Origin: a virus
IMG/VR virus record: IMGVR_UViG_3300005043_000002
DNA length: 42,489 nt
Strand: one strand, 5' to 3'
Shown here one piece after another: positions 15,299 through 23,310 of the stretch (positions are counted from its first letter, which is position 1; each line of letters begins with the position of its first letter). The translations under genes and the position numbers were made by a program. The notes below the pieces were generated by a model. It made no database searches. It was given only the letters and a program-made list of their open reading frames with translations, and was not told where the DNA came from.

Positions 15299-15963
15299 TG
15301 CACATGCACTTAGAAATTATCATGCCACCGACTGACGATGTTGAGTCGTCAATTAAACAAATACTTGCGCCGTTCGATGAGAATGGAAAAGACGACTGTT
15401 GTGATCCGGACCCCCATGCTTTTTGGGATTTTTATGTTATCGGCGGTAGATATGCTGGTGAGAAAAAGAGCCAGAGTTTTGATAAAGAAAGTCTTACTGC
15501 TTTTTATAAAGACCTTAACAAAAATAAAATTACTGTAAGTAGCTTGCAGTGTGGCAAACAAAAACTTGAGCCGTCCAGCCAGATACCTACCGTGGATAAA
15601 TTATGGGTTAAGCATTTCCCAGATGGTGGCAAAGTCTGCCCGATATTTGACCACTATAACGACCAATACGAACATAGCGAGGGTTATCCTGATATTATGA
15701 CGCTGAAAGATACACCTGAAAATCTTGAGGTGCATCACGTGATTATCGCCACGCCTGATTGGGAAGATAAAATCGCGGCTCATTATATGGTTGAGAACAG
15801 CGTTTATAACGGCGTTAATTATCTTGACACTAAATGGGATGGTACAATTAAGGGCGCGTTAGAAATGAGCGCAGAGAAAAATAAACGTTACACAGAAGAG
15901 GCGAAAGAAAAATACACGCCTAAAGATGATTGGCTCGTAGTAACGGTTGATTATCATTCTTAA
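15298..15963 (+). CDS. Hypothetical early protein (221 aa) with FWDFYVIGGRY motif
   Basis: ORF with AAGGA 10 nt upstream. No function recognised. Confidence 0.7.
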   Translation: MHMHLEIIMPPTDDVESSIKQILAPFDENGKDDCCDPDPHAFWDFYVIGGRYAGEKKSQSFDKESLTAFYKDLNKNKITVSSLQCGKQKLEPSSQIPTVDKLWVKHFPDGGKVCPIFDHYNDQYEHSEGYPDIMTLKDTPENLEVHHVIIATPDWEDKIAAHYMVENSVYNGVNYLDTKWDGTIKGALEMSAEKNKRYTEEAKEKYTPKDDWLVVTVDYHS

Positions 15964-15992
15964 GTTATCTGGAAATATAAGGAATTAAAATA

Positions 15993-16439
15993 ATGGAAAA
16001 TGAACTCAGAATTGAACGGTTAACGATGCTCGCCGATATGTTGGATAGACATGACGAGCTGTTTAAAGTGGTGTTTGATATAAGGCAGTGGGGCAGTGAA
16101 GCTATCCACTATGAAACTAAACAACACGAGCCAGAGTTATGCGGTAGTGCCGCCTGTGCGTTAGGTAGCGCAGCCATGTACCCACCATTTATGAAGCAGG
16201 GTTTGCGGTTGAGATATGATAGCACAGGATTTATGGTCAGGAAGGATTCTAACGTATTAAAAGAAGACGTCACGCCGTTTTATGATGGGCATGCTGATTT
16301 TATGGCAGGTTCTTGGTTTTTCGGCATAACTGGTGGTGAATCATGTGAGTTATTCGATGGCGATGAATACGGATATACTAAAGTAACCGCAGCCATGGTG
16401 GCCGAGCGGGTAAGAAAATTAATTAAGGTGTATGTATAA
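15993..16439 (+). CDS. Hypothetical early protein (148 aa) with CGSAACALGSAA motif
   Basis: ORF preceded by the same TAAGGAATTAAAATAATG initiation region as 15298. Confidence 0.7.
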   Translation: MENELRIERLTMLADMLDRHDELFKVVFDIRQWGSEAIHYETKQHEPELCGSAACALGSAAMYPPFMKQGLRLRYDSTGFMVRKDSNVLKEDVTPFYDGHADFMAGSWFFGITGGESCELFDGDEYGYTKVTAAMVAERVRKLIKVYV

Positions 16440-16750
16440 TGGAATTTAACGAAAACGAGCTAGACGATCTAGCGTTTCAAGGCGCGATAAATGCGGCGAT
16501 GAAAGTCCTTGATAGGGTTGCTCTCTGTTCGGATGATAACAGAATGGAAGCGCATTATACACGTAAAGGTGTTGAAATGATTATAACCGTAGAGGAGAAG
16601 AAACCGGAAGAGACGGAGAAGCCCGATCACTTAAATTTGATTAGATATCAAGGTATCGAAGAGAGTTTGGTTGAGGCGTATGGGACAGGTGACCCCGACG
16701 CGGTTTGGGATATTGTGGAACGTTGTTTTATAGATAGGGAGTCTAAGTAA
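16439..16750 (+). CDS. Hypothetical acidic early protein (103 aa)
   Basis: TAATG coupling at both ends. D/E-rich. Confidence 0.65.
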   Translation: MEFNENELDDLAFQGAINAAMKVLDRVALCSDDNRMEAHYTRKGVEMIITVEEKKPEETEKPDHLNLIRYQGIEESLVEAYGTGDPDAVWDIVERCFIDRESK

Positions 16751-17319
16751 TGACACAGAATAAAATAAACGTTGGCGATAAGGTTTTGATCGAGGTCGAG
16801 GTCACAGGTGTTTCTGATAATGAAATTCAATTAAAATCTAGGGGTTGGGAGGATTGGACATGTAAGTCAAAGATCAAAAAGGTAATTACTGCGCCGTTTG
16901 ATTGGGATATAGTAGAGCCTAGAATGGCGTTTAAAGATATCGAAGGTAATGTGTTCTGGTATGTTTCCAAGGGGTGGGGCGACGATAGATGCGCCGTTTT
17001 CTCCACTAATTATAGAGAGCCTATGGAAAGGCATTTAAGGTTTATGATCAAAGAGAACCTAACGCGCGCTGTAAATAAAGACCCAGAAACACCGGATAAA
17101 ACCCACACCGCCGACGAGGTACATAAAATTCTGTATAAGGAGTTTTTATACCAGTTCAAAGGTAAAAAATTAACAGAAGTAACATATGCAGAAATGAAAG
17201 CATGGTGGTTAAATAAACTGCTAGATTATTTTCCGTATGAGAAAACCACACCGAGTATATCTATCGCTATAAGCGACGAGGGCGGTATTATTGTTAATTT
17301 TGAAGGTGAGGGCGCGTAA
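16750..17319 (+). CDS. Hypothetical early protein (189 aa)
   Basis: Coupled ORF. Confidence 0.65.
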   Translation: MTQNKINVGDKVLIEVEVTGVSDNEIQLKSRGWEDWTCKSKIKKVITAPFDWDIVEPRMAFKDIEGNVFWYVSKGWGDDRCAVFSTNYREPMERHLRFMIKENLTRAVNKDPETPDKTHTADEVHKILYKEFLYQFKGKKLTEVTYAEMKAWWLNKLLDYFPYEKTTPSISIAISDEGGIIVNFEGEGA

Positions 17320-17660
17320 TGGGTAATGTTGATATTGAAGAATTATGCGATGTTATACGCCAAATTCTTATTGGCCACAACTTGCACAATATGATTAATG
17401 AGGGTGATGAGTGCGGATATTCTCTGGCCGATGCTTTAACCATGGATGGTCAGACAGTCGATAAGGGGTATGAAGAAATACACCTGATTGTTGACGCCTT
17501 ATTTCACCCAATAAAAGACTACCTAAACCAATGCGGATTAATTGGTCAGTCGATGCCAATAGAAAGGATAGAGGATAAAGAGTTAATGTATCTGCATAAA
17601 GACAATAAAATATACGAATGTAGAGTGATCGGCGAAGTTAAACCAGAGTTTAGGAGATGA
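17319..17660 (+). CDS. Hypothetical acidic early protein (113 aa)
   Basis: Coupled ORF. D/E-rich. Confidence 0.65.
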   Translation: MGNVDIEELCDVIRQILIGHNLHNMINEGDECGYSLADALTMDGQTVDKGYEEIHLIVDALFHPIKDYLNQCGLIGQSMPIERIEDKELMYLHKDNKIYECRVIGEVKPEFRR

Positions 17661-17666
17661 AAATAA

Positions 17667-18209
17667 ATGACAATACTTGAGCAAATGCAAAAAATAAAAT
17701 TCGGCAAACAGTCAAACGAGACAATTCTCGGTATATTTCTATCTAAGAATTGGGATAATTTCGTATCATTAATACACCGGAATAAAACCCTTGAGCGTCA
17801 GAACACTGATTTGCAGGCGGCGAATACTAAGCATCGTTTGGAGAACAGGGGATTAAAAAAAGGCCTGAAAGATTGCCTCGAATGTATTCTAATGCCGGAT
17901 AATGGCGTCAGTGACGTGATTTGGTATGGTGATTTTGAGAGTTTAGCCGAACATATTGCGGGCGTGCTTGATGAGGATATTGATTTCGAAGAGGTGGCCG
18001 CGTCTGTCCAGAATAGAAAAATTCAGTATCGTTGCCCTAAAACCGATGATTTTGAGGTGTTGGCGCTGAAAGAAGAAAATCATCGTTTGCGCGATGCTTT
18101 GGAATTGATGTTAAAATCACCAGAAAACGAAGACGGAACACCTTGGATTAATGGTGGCATGTCTACGGTTCAAGAGATTTGCGAAAACGCCCTAAAAGGT
18201 GACACGTGA
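17667..18209 (+). CDS. Hypothetical early protein (180 aa)
   Basis: AGGAG lies upstream of the ATG. Confidence 0.65.
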   Translation: MTILEQMQKIKFGKQSNETILGIFLSKNWDNFVSLIHRNKTLERQNTDLQAANTKHRLENRGLKKGLKDCLECILMPDNGVSDVIWYGDFESLAEHIAGVLDEDIDFEEVAASVQNRKIQYRCPKTDDFEVLALKEENHRLRDALELMLKSPENEDGTPWINGGMSTVQEICENALKGDT

Positions 18210-18337
18210 TGTTTGAAGTTGCGATGGTTATTTGTATTATTATTTTAGGTCTTGGATATTCTCTCGGATATATCCACGGTTATTTTAAAGCATATGGTAT
18301 TTTTACGGCAGAAGATGAAACGGAGAACGAATTATGA
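18209..18337 (+). CDS. 42-aa single-pass membrane micro-protein (untracked)
   Basis: Hand translation: MFEVAMVICIIILGLGYSLGYIHGYFKAYGIFTAEDETENEL. The ATG overlaps the upstream TGA. Confidence 0.5.
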   Translation: MFEVAMVICIIILGLGYSLGYIHGYFKAYGIFTAEDETENEL

Positions 18338-18462
18338 TCAGATGGTTAAATCTTATCCCCCTCCTAATGCTGGCGAGCTGTACTATAGTAATGTGCGGAG
18401 AGGATAACACTCGCGCACAGTCTTATGAAAAATGTAATGGTGTGCATGAAGAAATCAAATAA
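18334..18462 (+). CDS. 42-aa putative lipoprotein (untracked)
   Basis: Hand translation: MIRWLNLIPLLMLASCTIVMCGEDNTRAQSYEKCNGVHEEIK. Lipobox L-A-S-C. ATGA overlap with the upstream gene. Confidence 0.5.
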   Translation: MIRWLNLIPLLMLASCTIVMCGEDNTRAQSYEKCNGVHEEIK

Positions 18463-18464
18463 CC

Positions 18465-18495
18465 TGTTGACACTGTGTTATCAACCTGCTATCAC
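18465..18495 (+). promoter_or_regulatory. Early promoter P2 with bipartite box
   Basis: TGTTGACA-ctg-TGTTATCA, with -10-like TATCAC 17 nt after TTGACA. Confidence 0.5.
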
Positions 18496-18523
18496 TTATA
18501 TTAACAAACAGGGAGTTACCAAT

Positions 18524-18655
18524 ATGACAAAAATTCAACAAAATCTTATCCGTTGCCAAATTAAGCAAACTAAAGCCTATGAAGAATTTACAGTGGGTAT
18601 CACGTTTGTAGCAGCGATGCTTTCAGCTCTGGCTGTATTCGTAGTGGTTATGTAA
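18524..18655 (+). CDS. 43-aa tail-anchored membrane micro-protein
   Basis: Start moved to MTKIQQNL (GGGAG upstream), because P2 lies inside the longer tracked ORF. C-terminal segment ITFVAAMLSALAVFVVVM. Confidence 0.5.
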   Translation: MTKIQQNLIRCQIKQTKAYEEFTVGITFVAAMLSALAVFVVVM

Positions 18656-19065
18656 TGAGCGGTTTTCGTCAAATAGGTGATATCACCGAAGAACTTTTAA
18701 CAGGAATAAATCCAATGAAACAAATTAAAATACCAGATCACGTATATGCTCGTATGGAGTCTCTATCCACTTTTCACGGCATGGGAATCCCCAATATTTC
18801 CGAGGCTCTTTTAGTTTACGCATGTAAGAAATTCGAGAAAGACGGTATTACATTGCCGCCCATGGGAAACACTGATTTTAACCGCGAAGATTTAGTCAAC
18901 GAGTCTATTGAGATTTCAAAACTCGGCACTCTAAAATATGTGGAATGGCTGGCAAAGTTATCACCTGCCGAAGAAAACGCGCTCAAATATTGTATAAAAG
19001 CGCATAAAAAAGTCGCAGAAGCAGCCACCAAAAAAACGGCTCTGGAAAACATGGGGATCGCATGA
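18655..19065 (+). CDS. Hypothetical protein (136 aa)
   Basis: Coupled ORF. Confidence 0.65.
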   Translation: MSGFRQIGDITEELLTGINPMKQIKIPDHVYARMESLSTFHGMGIPNISEALLVYACKKFEKDGITLPPMGNTDFNREDLVNESIEISKLGTLKYVEWLAKLSPAEENALKYCIKAHKKVAEAATKKTALENMGIA

Positions 19066-19274
19066 CCAAAAAACTCCGTGATCTTAAAGACAAAGAATGT
19101 CGTTGGCCTCTAGGTGATCCGAATGATAAGGATTTCGGATTTTGTGGCAAGAAAATATCTCACCGAAGTTATTGCGCCGAGCATACAATACAGAGCCAGC
19201 GTAGGGTTATTAAAACACCCGAAGAGATTGACGATGCGAATCGCTCAGAAAATACCACCGGAAACAGATGGTAA
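19062..19274 (+). CDS. GcrA C-terminal-domain-like protein (70 aa)
   Basis: KECRWPLGDPNDKDFGFCGKKISHRSYCAEH matches the conserved C.WP.GDP....F.FCG......YC..H block at the C-terminus of GcrA cell-cycle regulators. No N-terminal DNA-binding half is present. Confidence 0.6.
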   Translation: MTKKLRDLKDKECRWPLGDPNDKDFGFCGKKISHRSYCAEHTIQSQRRVIKTPEEIDDANRSENTTGNRW

Positions 19275-19421
19275 TTAAAGATAGGAATGCGTCCTGTATT
19301 CTAGGGCTACGGGGGGATGCCCAGTAAACCAAGATCAATGATTTGTGAGATGAGGGCGTAGTCCTACTATTTGGCATCCTTAATTGATCAACCCCCACCA
19401 TTTTTAACGAAAGAAAATCCA
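19275..19421 (+). promoter_or_regulatory. Structured leader A (conserved 3' block shared with 26274..26322)
   Basis: GGATGCC (19315-21) pairs with GGCATCC (19373-79), and the G-run 19311-16 pairs with the C-run 19392-96. The last 41 nt resemble leader B up to the ATG. Confidence 0.45.
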
Positions 19422-19850
19422 ATGACACACAATAAAATCTTAGAATTACTAGAAGACCCTGCCAGCGATGATAAAGAAATTGATTTAGCATTTTTCAGGT
19501 TCAGGACTAAAGCAGACGTGCAAAACATAGAAGTTGATTACGATGGTAGTTTATATTGTACGGACGCAAAAGGCGAGGAGGTTGATGTTGGTGGATGTTT
19601 CTACGTCAAAGATTTAATTGTCACCACAAGCCTAGACGCTATCAAAGCTGTACAGGATGAGCATTTGGAGGGGTGGTATCAGAGCGGGTTTGTTTATGAA
19701 GATATAACCGAATGCACTTTAAGGAAAATACCCAAGGGCAAAAAGTCAGAAATAGATTTTTTCTATTCAACAGCCCCAACAGAACCAAGAGCAAGATTAC
19801 ACGCTGTAATTCAGGCTCTAGCGCATATGAGGGGGGTAACCGATGAATAA
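19422..19850 (+). CDS. Hypothetical protein, phage ABA-sandwich-like C-terminus
   Basis: Start moved to MTHNKILELL, directly after the conserved leader. STAPTEPRARLHAVIQALAHM resembles the end of Phage_ABA_S domain proteins. Confidence 0.55.
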   Translation: MTHNKILELLEDPASDDKEIDLAFFRFRTKADVQNIEVDYDGSLYCTDAKGEEVDVGGCFYVKDLIVTTSLDAIKAVQDEHLEGWYQSGFVYEDITECTLRKIPKGKKSEIDFFYSTAPTEPRARLHAVIQALAHMRGVTDE

Positions 19851-20403
19851 AGCGTATTTAAACTCCGGCGGCACAAAAGAATCAGACGAGGTTTTAACTC
19901 CCAGATATGGTGTATGGCCGATAATCAAACATCTAAAAAAACGAGGTTATAAAAATATATGGTGTCCGTTTGATAAAGAGGATTCGGCGTTTGTTAGGGT
20001 TTTAAAAGAATATGGTTTTATCGTGATTGATACCCATATAGAAAATGGAAATGATTTTTTCGATCTCGATATGAATTTATTACGTGCTTCATGTGATTGC
20101 ATAGTCAGTAATCCGCCGTTTTCAATCAAAGATAAAATCTTAAAACGCCTCTACGAAATAGGCTTGCCCTTCGCCATCATCCTACCCCAAAACTCTTTAC
20201 AATCAATCAAGCGTGTTGATATGTTTAAGAAACATGGTCTTGAGTATCTAGGATTCGACCGTAGAATAAATTATTACACGCGTGGCGATTTAACAGCGTG
20301 GAAACCTGCGAATCATTTCGCCAGTGGGTATTTCTGCCGTAATGTCTTGCCGTCTCCGTTTGTCCTTGAAAAACTAATGCCTTTTCAAGAACCCTATAAA
20401 TAA
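19843..20403 (+). CDS. Putative N6-adenine (NPPF) DNA methyltransferase-like protein, EcoRI-methylase-like small family
   Basis: Catalytic-type motif IVSNPPFS. The position of motif I reads IWCPFDKEDSAF, without the usual G-x-G. Confidence 0.5.
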   Translation: MNKAYLNSGGTKESDEVLTPRYGVWPIIKHLKKRGYKNIWCPFDKEDSAFVRVLKEYGFIVIDTHIENGNDFFDLDMNLLRASCDCIVSNPPFSIKDKILKRLYEIGLPFAIILPQNSLQSIKRVDMFKKHGLEYLGFDRRINYYTRGDLTAWKPANHFASGYFCRNVLPSPFVLEKLMPFQEPYK

Positions 20404-20404
20404 T

Positions 20405-20434
20405 TGTTGACACTAAGCTAACACTGTGTAAAAT
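20405..20434 (+). promoter_or_regulatory. Early promoter P3 with bipartite box
   Basis: TGTTGACA-cta-AGCTAACA, with -10 TAAAAT at 16-nt spacing. Confidence 0.55.
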
Positions 20435-20473
20435 ATCCATAGCTCATTATCACCAATAGGAAACCCACTCACC

Positions 20474-22936
20474 GTGCAAGATTTCTCTACTGAATTTTTA
20501 GACCACCTATCGTCACTCGGTATGGAAGTTACTGGAAAAGTAACGGGTGATGATACGTGGAGACGATTAAAAGTAAATGGTGAGAAAAACTCAAATCTTA
20601 GATATCAATTAAAAATAACACCTGATTACGGCATAGCCCGATTTGTGTATTCCAGAGACGGCGAATCAAGGTCGTGGCACTCGAAAAACTCTAAGCAAAT
20701 GACCGCCGAAGAAAAAGCCATGCATTACGCAAGGATTAAGGCCGACAAGATAGCTTGCGAGGCGCGGGTCGAAAAAGAATACATGCAAGCGGCGGATAAG
20801 GCTCGACGTTTATGGGCGTCATACTCGCCAGCCAGCAATGAACTTGATTATATTATACGTAAAGAAATAGAACCGCTGGCCGCTCGGCAAACAAGAGATA
20901 TATTAGTTCTCCCCGTTTATAATGATAATAAATTGTGGAGTTTGCAATTCATCAATAAGGACGGAAATAAACGTTTCTTAAGTGGTGGTAAAATTAAAGG
21001 CGGATTTGGTAGTCTAGTATTCAAGAACGATTCAAAAGAGAAAGTCGTTATTACAGAGGGATACGCCACCGCCGTTTCGATTCGCATGGCCACAGGTTTG
21101 CCCGTATTTTTTGCATACATGGCGGATAATTTAATGTCCGTCGCTAAAACTGTTCGCAAGAATTTCCCCGACTCGGAAATCATAATCGCGTCAGATAATG
21201 ACCAGTTTACAATGAAATTAATTCACCAGCGCGAGAATAAAGATTACAAAGAAATACCCCCCGACGATCCCTTATGGAAAGAGTGGCGCAATGGTGGTAT
21301 GCTGGTGAATGCTGGTGTCGAGAAATCAACAGAGGCGGCATTAAAATACGATTGTTTGATTGCTGTACCAGAGTTTAAGGATATAGATACCAAACCAACA
21401 GATTATAACGACCTCCATACTCAAGAGGGTTTAGAGGCAGTAAGCGAATCTATTTTATCGGCAACCGCTCCACACATTAGCGAGTCGATGGGCGAGGGGG
21501 TCGGAACTGATAACCGCGAGAGCGGCGATAATGAGCACGGTTCCGACCTACCAGCGCACTTAATGGATGTCCCCCTATCTGTGTATGAAGATGATTACTC
21601 CGAAGAAACCCAGCGCGTCCGCGAGTTATTTGTCGATCATAGAGATCAAACAGAAAAACCACCCGAAACAGAAGATGATAAGAATTGGCAAGAACGATTG
21701 ATACAAAAATCAAACGGCCAACTTGTGCCGACCAGCTTGAGTAACGTCGATTTAATTATTAGATTTCATAGATTTTATAAGGATTTATTTTGTTATGATG
21801 AATTCTCCCATGAAAAAACACTTATAGCATGCCCGCCATGGGAATCGCCTAGCACGTTTAAAGTAAGGCCATACACAGATGAAGATAATACGAGATTGGG
21901 TCTTGATTTAGAGGAGAGACTAGGGCTTAAACCAAGTTTGTCAAATCTTAAGAAAGTCCTTGATAGTATTATCGTGGGAAAACCAAGACATCCGGCAAGG
22001 GAGTATTTCGGTTCTCTTGTATGGGATGGCGTGCCACGGCTTGACACTTGGCTTGAGTTTTACTGTGGCGCAACCGAAGACGATCCAGAATATCTCGCCG
22101 CCGTTGGTAGAAAATGGTTGGTTGCCTCCGTCGCTCGTATATTTAAAGCAGGCACAAAATTCGATCATATGTTAATTTTTGAGGGCACACAAAACTCTGG
22201 AAAATCTTCCATGTTGCGCGAACTTGCCACCATATGCGGGCGCGAGTATTTCGATGATACGATCAAAGTGTCAGACATGGGAAATGATAAAACAGTTCCT
22301 AAAATGCAGGGAATGTTAATTATAGAAATCGCCGAGTTATCTGGATTTAAGAAGAAAGACGCCGACGAGCTCAAGCAAGCCATAACCACGCAGGTCGATA
22401 AGATTATCAGAAAATACGCGAACGAGCCCACCACATACCCGCGTCAATTTGTTCTTGCTGGCACGATAAATCCGAATAATGGGTATTTGCATGATCCAAC
22501 AGGTAATAGACGTTTTTGGCCAGTTAAGACGGCGGATAAATTAGACGTTCAAGGAATCGCCAGAGATAAAGAACAGTTGTGGGCCGAGGCGGTTCACCTG
22601 TTTAAACAGGGTGAGAAATTATATCTTGAAGATGAATTGTACACAAAAGCCACAGAAGCGCAAGAGGACAGACGCACGCAAGACCCATGGTTAAACTGTG
22701 TTGAGAAATTCACAAAAAATCTAGATATGCTCACACCTGATTTACTAGATAATTTATGGTCAGAGCTTGGTTTAAAAATGTACCAACGTGATAAATATAA
22801 TAATGACAGACTTGGTAAGATCATGACTCAGGTTGGTTTTATGTGGGGAAGAAAAAGGATTAATAATATCAGGACGACTGTTTGGTCACGCGATGATAGA
22901 TCACCAGAATTGGAATATGAAGAGGTAGATTTTTGA
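20474..22936 (+). CDS. DNA primase-helicase (Toprim domain + VirE/P4-type P-loop NTPase)
   Basis: Toprim-like ITEGYATAVS...IIASDNDQ. VirE-type block PRLDTWLEFYCGA...MLIFEGTQNSGKSS. The tracked start is a GTG, and an internal ATG (MEVTGK) is an alternative. Confidence 0.8.
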   Translation: MQDFSTEFLDHLSSLGMEVTGKVTGDDTWRRLKVNGEKNSNLRYQLKITPDYGIARFVYSRDGESRSWHSKNSKQMTAEEKAMHYARIKADKIACEARVEKEYMQAADKARRLWASYSPASNELDYIIRKEIEPLAARQTRDILVLPVYNDNKLWSLQFINKDGNKRFLSGGKIKGGFGSLVFKNDSKEKVVITEGYATAVSIRMATGLPVFFAYMADNLMSVAKTVRKNFPDSEIIIASDNDQFTMKLIHQRENKDYKEIPPDDPLWKEWRNGGMLVNAGVEKSTEAALKYDCLIAVPEFKDIDTKPTDYNDLHTQEGLEAVSESILSATAPHISESMGEGVGTDNRESGDNEHGSDLPAHLMDVPLSVYEDDYSEETQRVRELFVDHRDQTEKPPETEDDKNWQERLIQKSNGQLVPTSLSNVDLIIRFHRFYKDLFCYDEFSHEKTLIACPPWESPSTFKVRPYTDEDNTRLGLDLEERLGLKPSLSNLKKVLDSIIVGKPRHPAREYFGSLVWDGVPRLDTWLEFYCGATEDDPEYLAAVGRKWLVASVARIFKAGTKFDHMLIFEGTQNSGKSSMLRELATICGREYFDDTIKVSDMGNDKTVPKMQGMLIIEIAELSGFKKKDADELKQAITTQVDKIIRKYANEPTTYPRQFVLAGTINPNNGYLHDPTGNRRFWPVKTADKLDVQGIARDKEQLWAEAVHLFKQGEKLYLEDELYTKATEAQEDRRTQDPWLNCVEKFTKNLDMLTPDLLDNLWSELGLKMYQRDKYNNDRLGKIMTQVGFMWGRKRINNIRTTVWSRDDRSPELEYEEVDF

Positions 22937-23307
22937 TGAAAGTTAAAGTAGGACAAGTTTTTCATAGTTTATACATAGACAGTGAAACCCTAGAACATGA
23001 TTGGTCGCAACATGTCGTAAGAACAATAAGGGGTGGTTACGTTCATTTAATACTTAAATCAGCCTCCACATATGGCAAGAGAAGCAAAAAGAACGGCGAT
23101 TACGGTTGGTACGATAATATACCGTCTTATTGCAGGACTAAATTTCCTATTGGAGAAAAGTCCTTTAGTGTTTTTTCAACAAAATTACAAGCGTGGTCGA
23201 GTTCTAAAAAATTCCATGATTCGTCCATTAAACGAGGTGCATTTGAGGGTTATAGCCCCGAACATATGAAGAAAATAGAAAAGAAATTCAAAAGAATAAG
23301 ACCGTAA
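22933..23307 (+). CDS. Hypothetical protein (124 aa)
   Basis: Coupled ORF between the primase and the helicase. Confidence 0.6.
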   Translation: MMKVKVGQVFHSLYIDSETLEHDWSQHVVRTIRGGYVHLILKSASTYGKRSKKNGDYGWYDNIPSYCRTKFPIGEKSFSVFSTKLQAWSSSKKFHDSSIKRGAFEGYSPEHMKKIEKKFKRIRP

Positions 23308-23310
23308 AAA

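Noticed and set aside
15283-15300. An identical 18-nt TAAGGAATTAAAATAATG upstream of two early genes (also at 15978-15995).
   Set aside because: It is just a shared Shine-Dalgarno plus spacer plus ATG. It is too short and too close to the start codon to argue for anything beyond a duplicated translation-initiation region.
18425-18523. N-terminal extension of the tracked ORF 18425..18655.
   Set aside because: It overlaps the coupled lipoprotein micro-ORF and contains promoter P2. The internal Met at 18524 has its own GGGAG.
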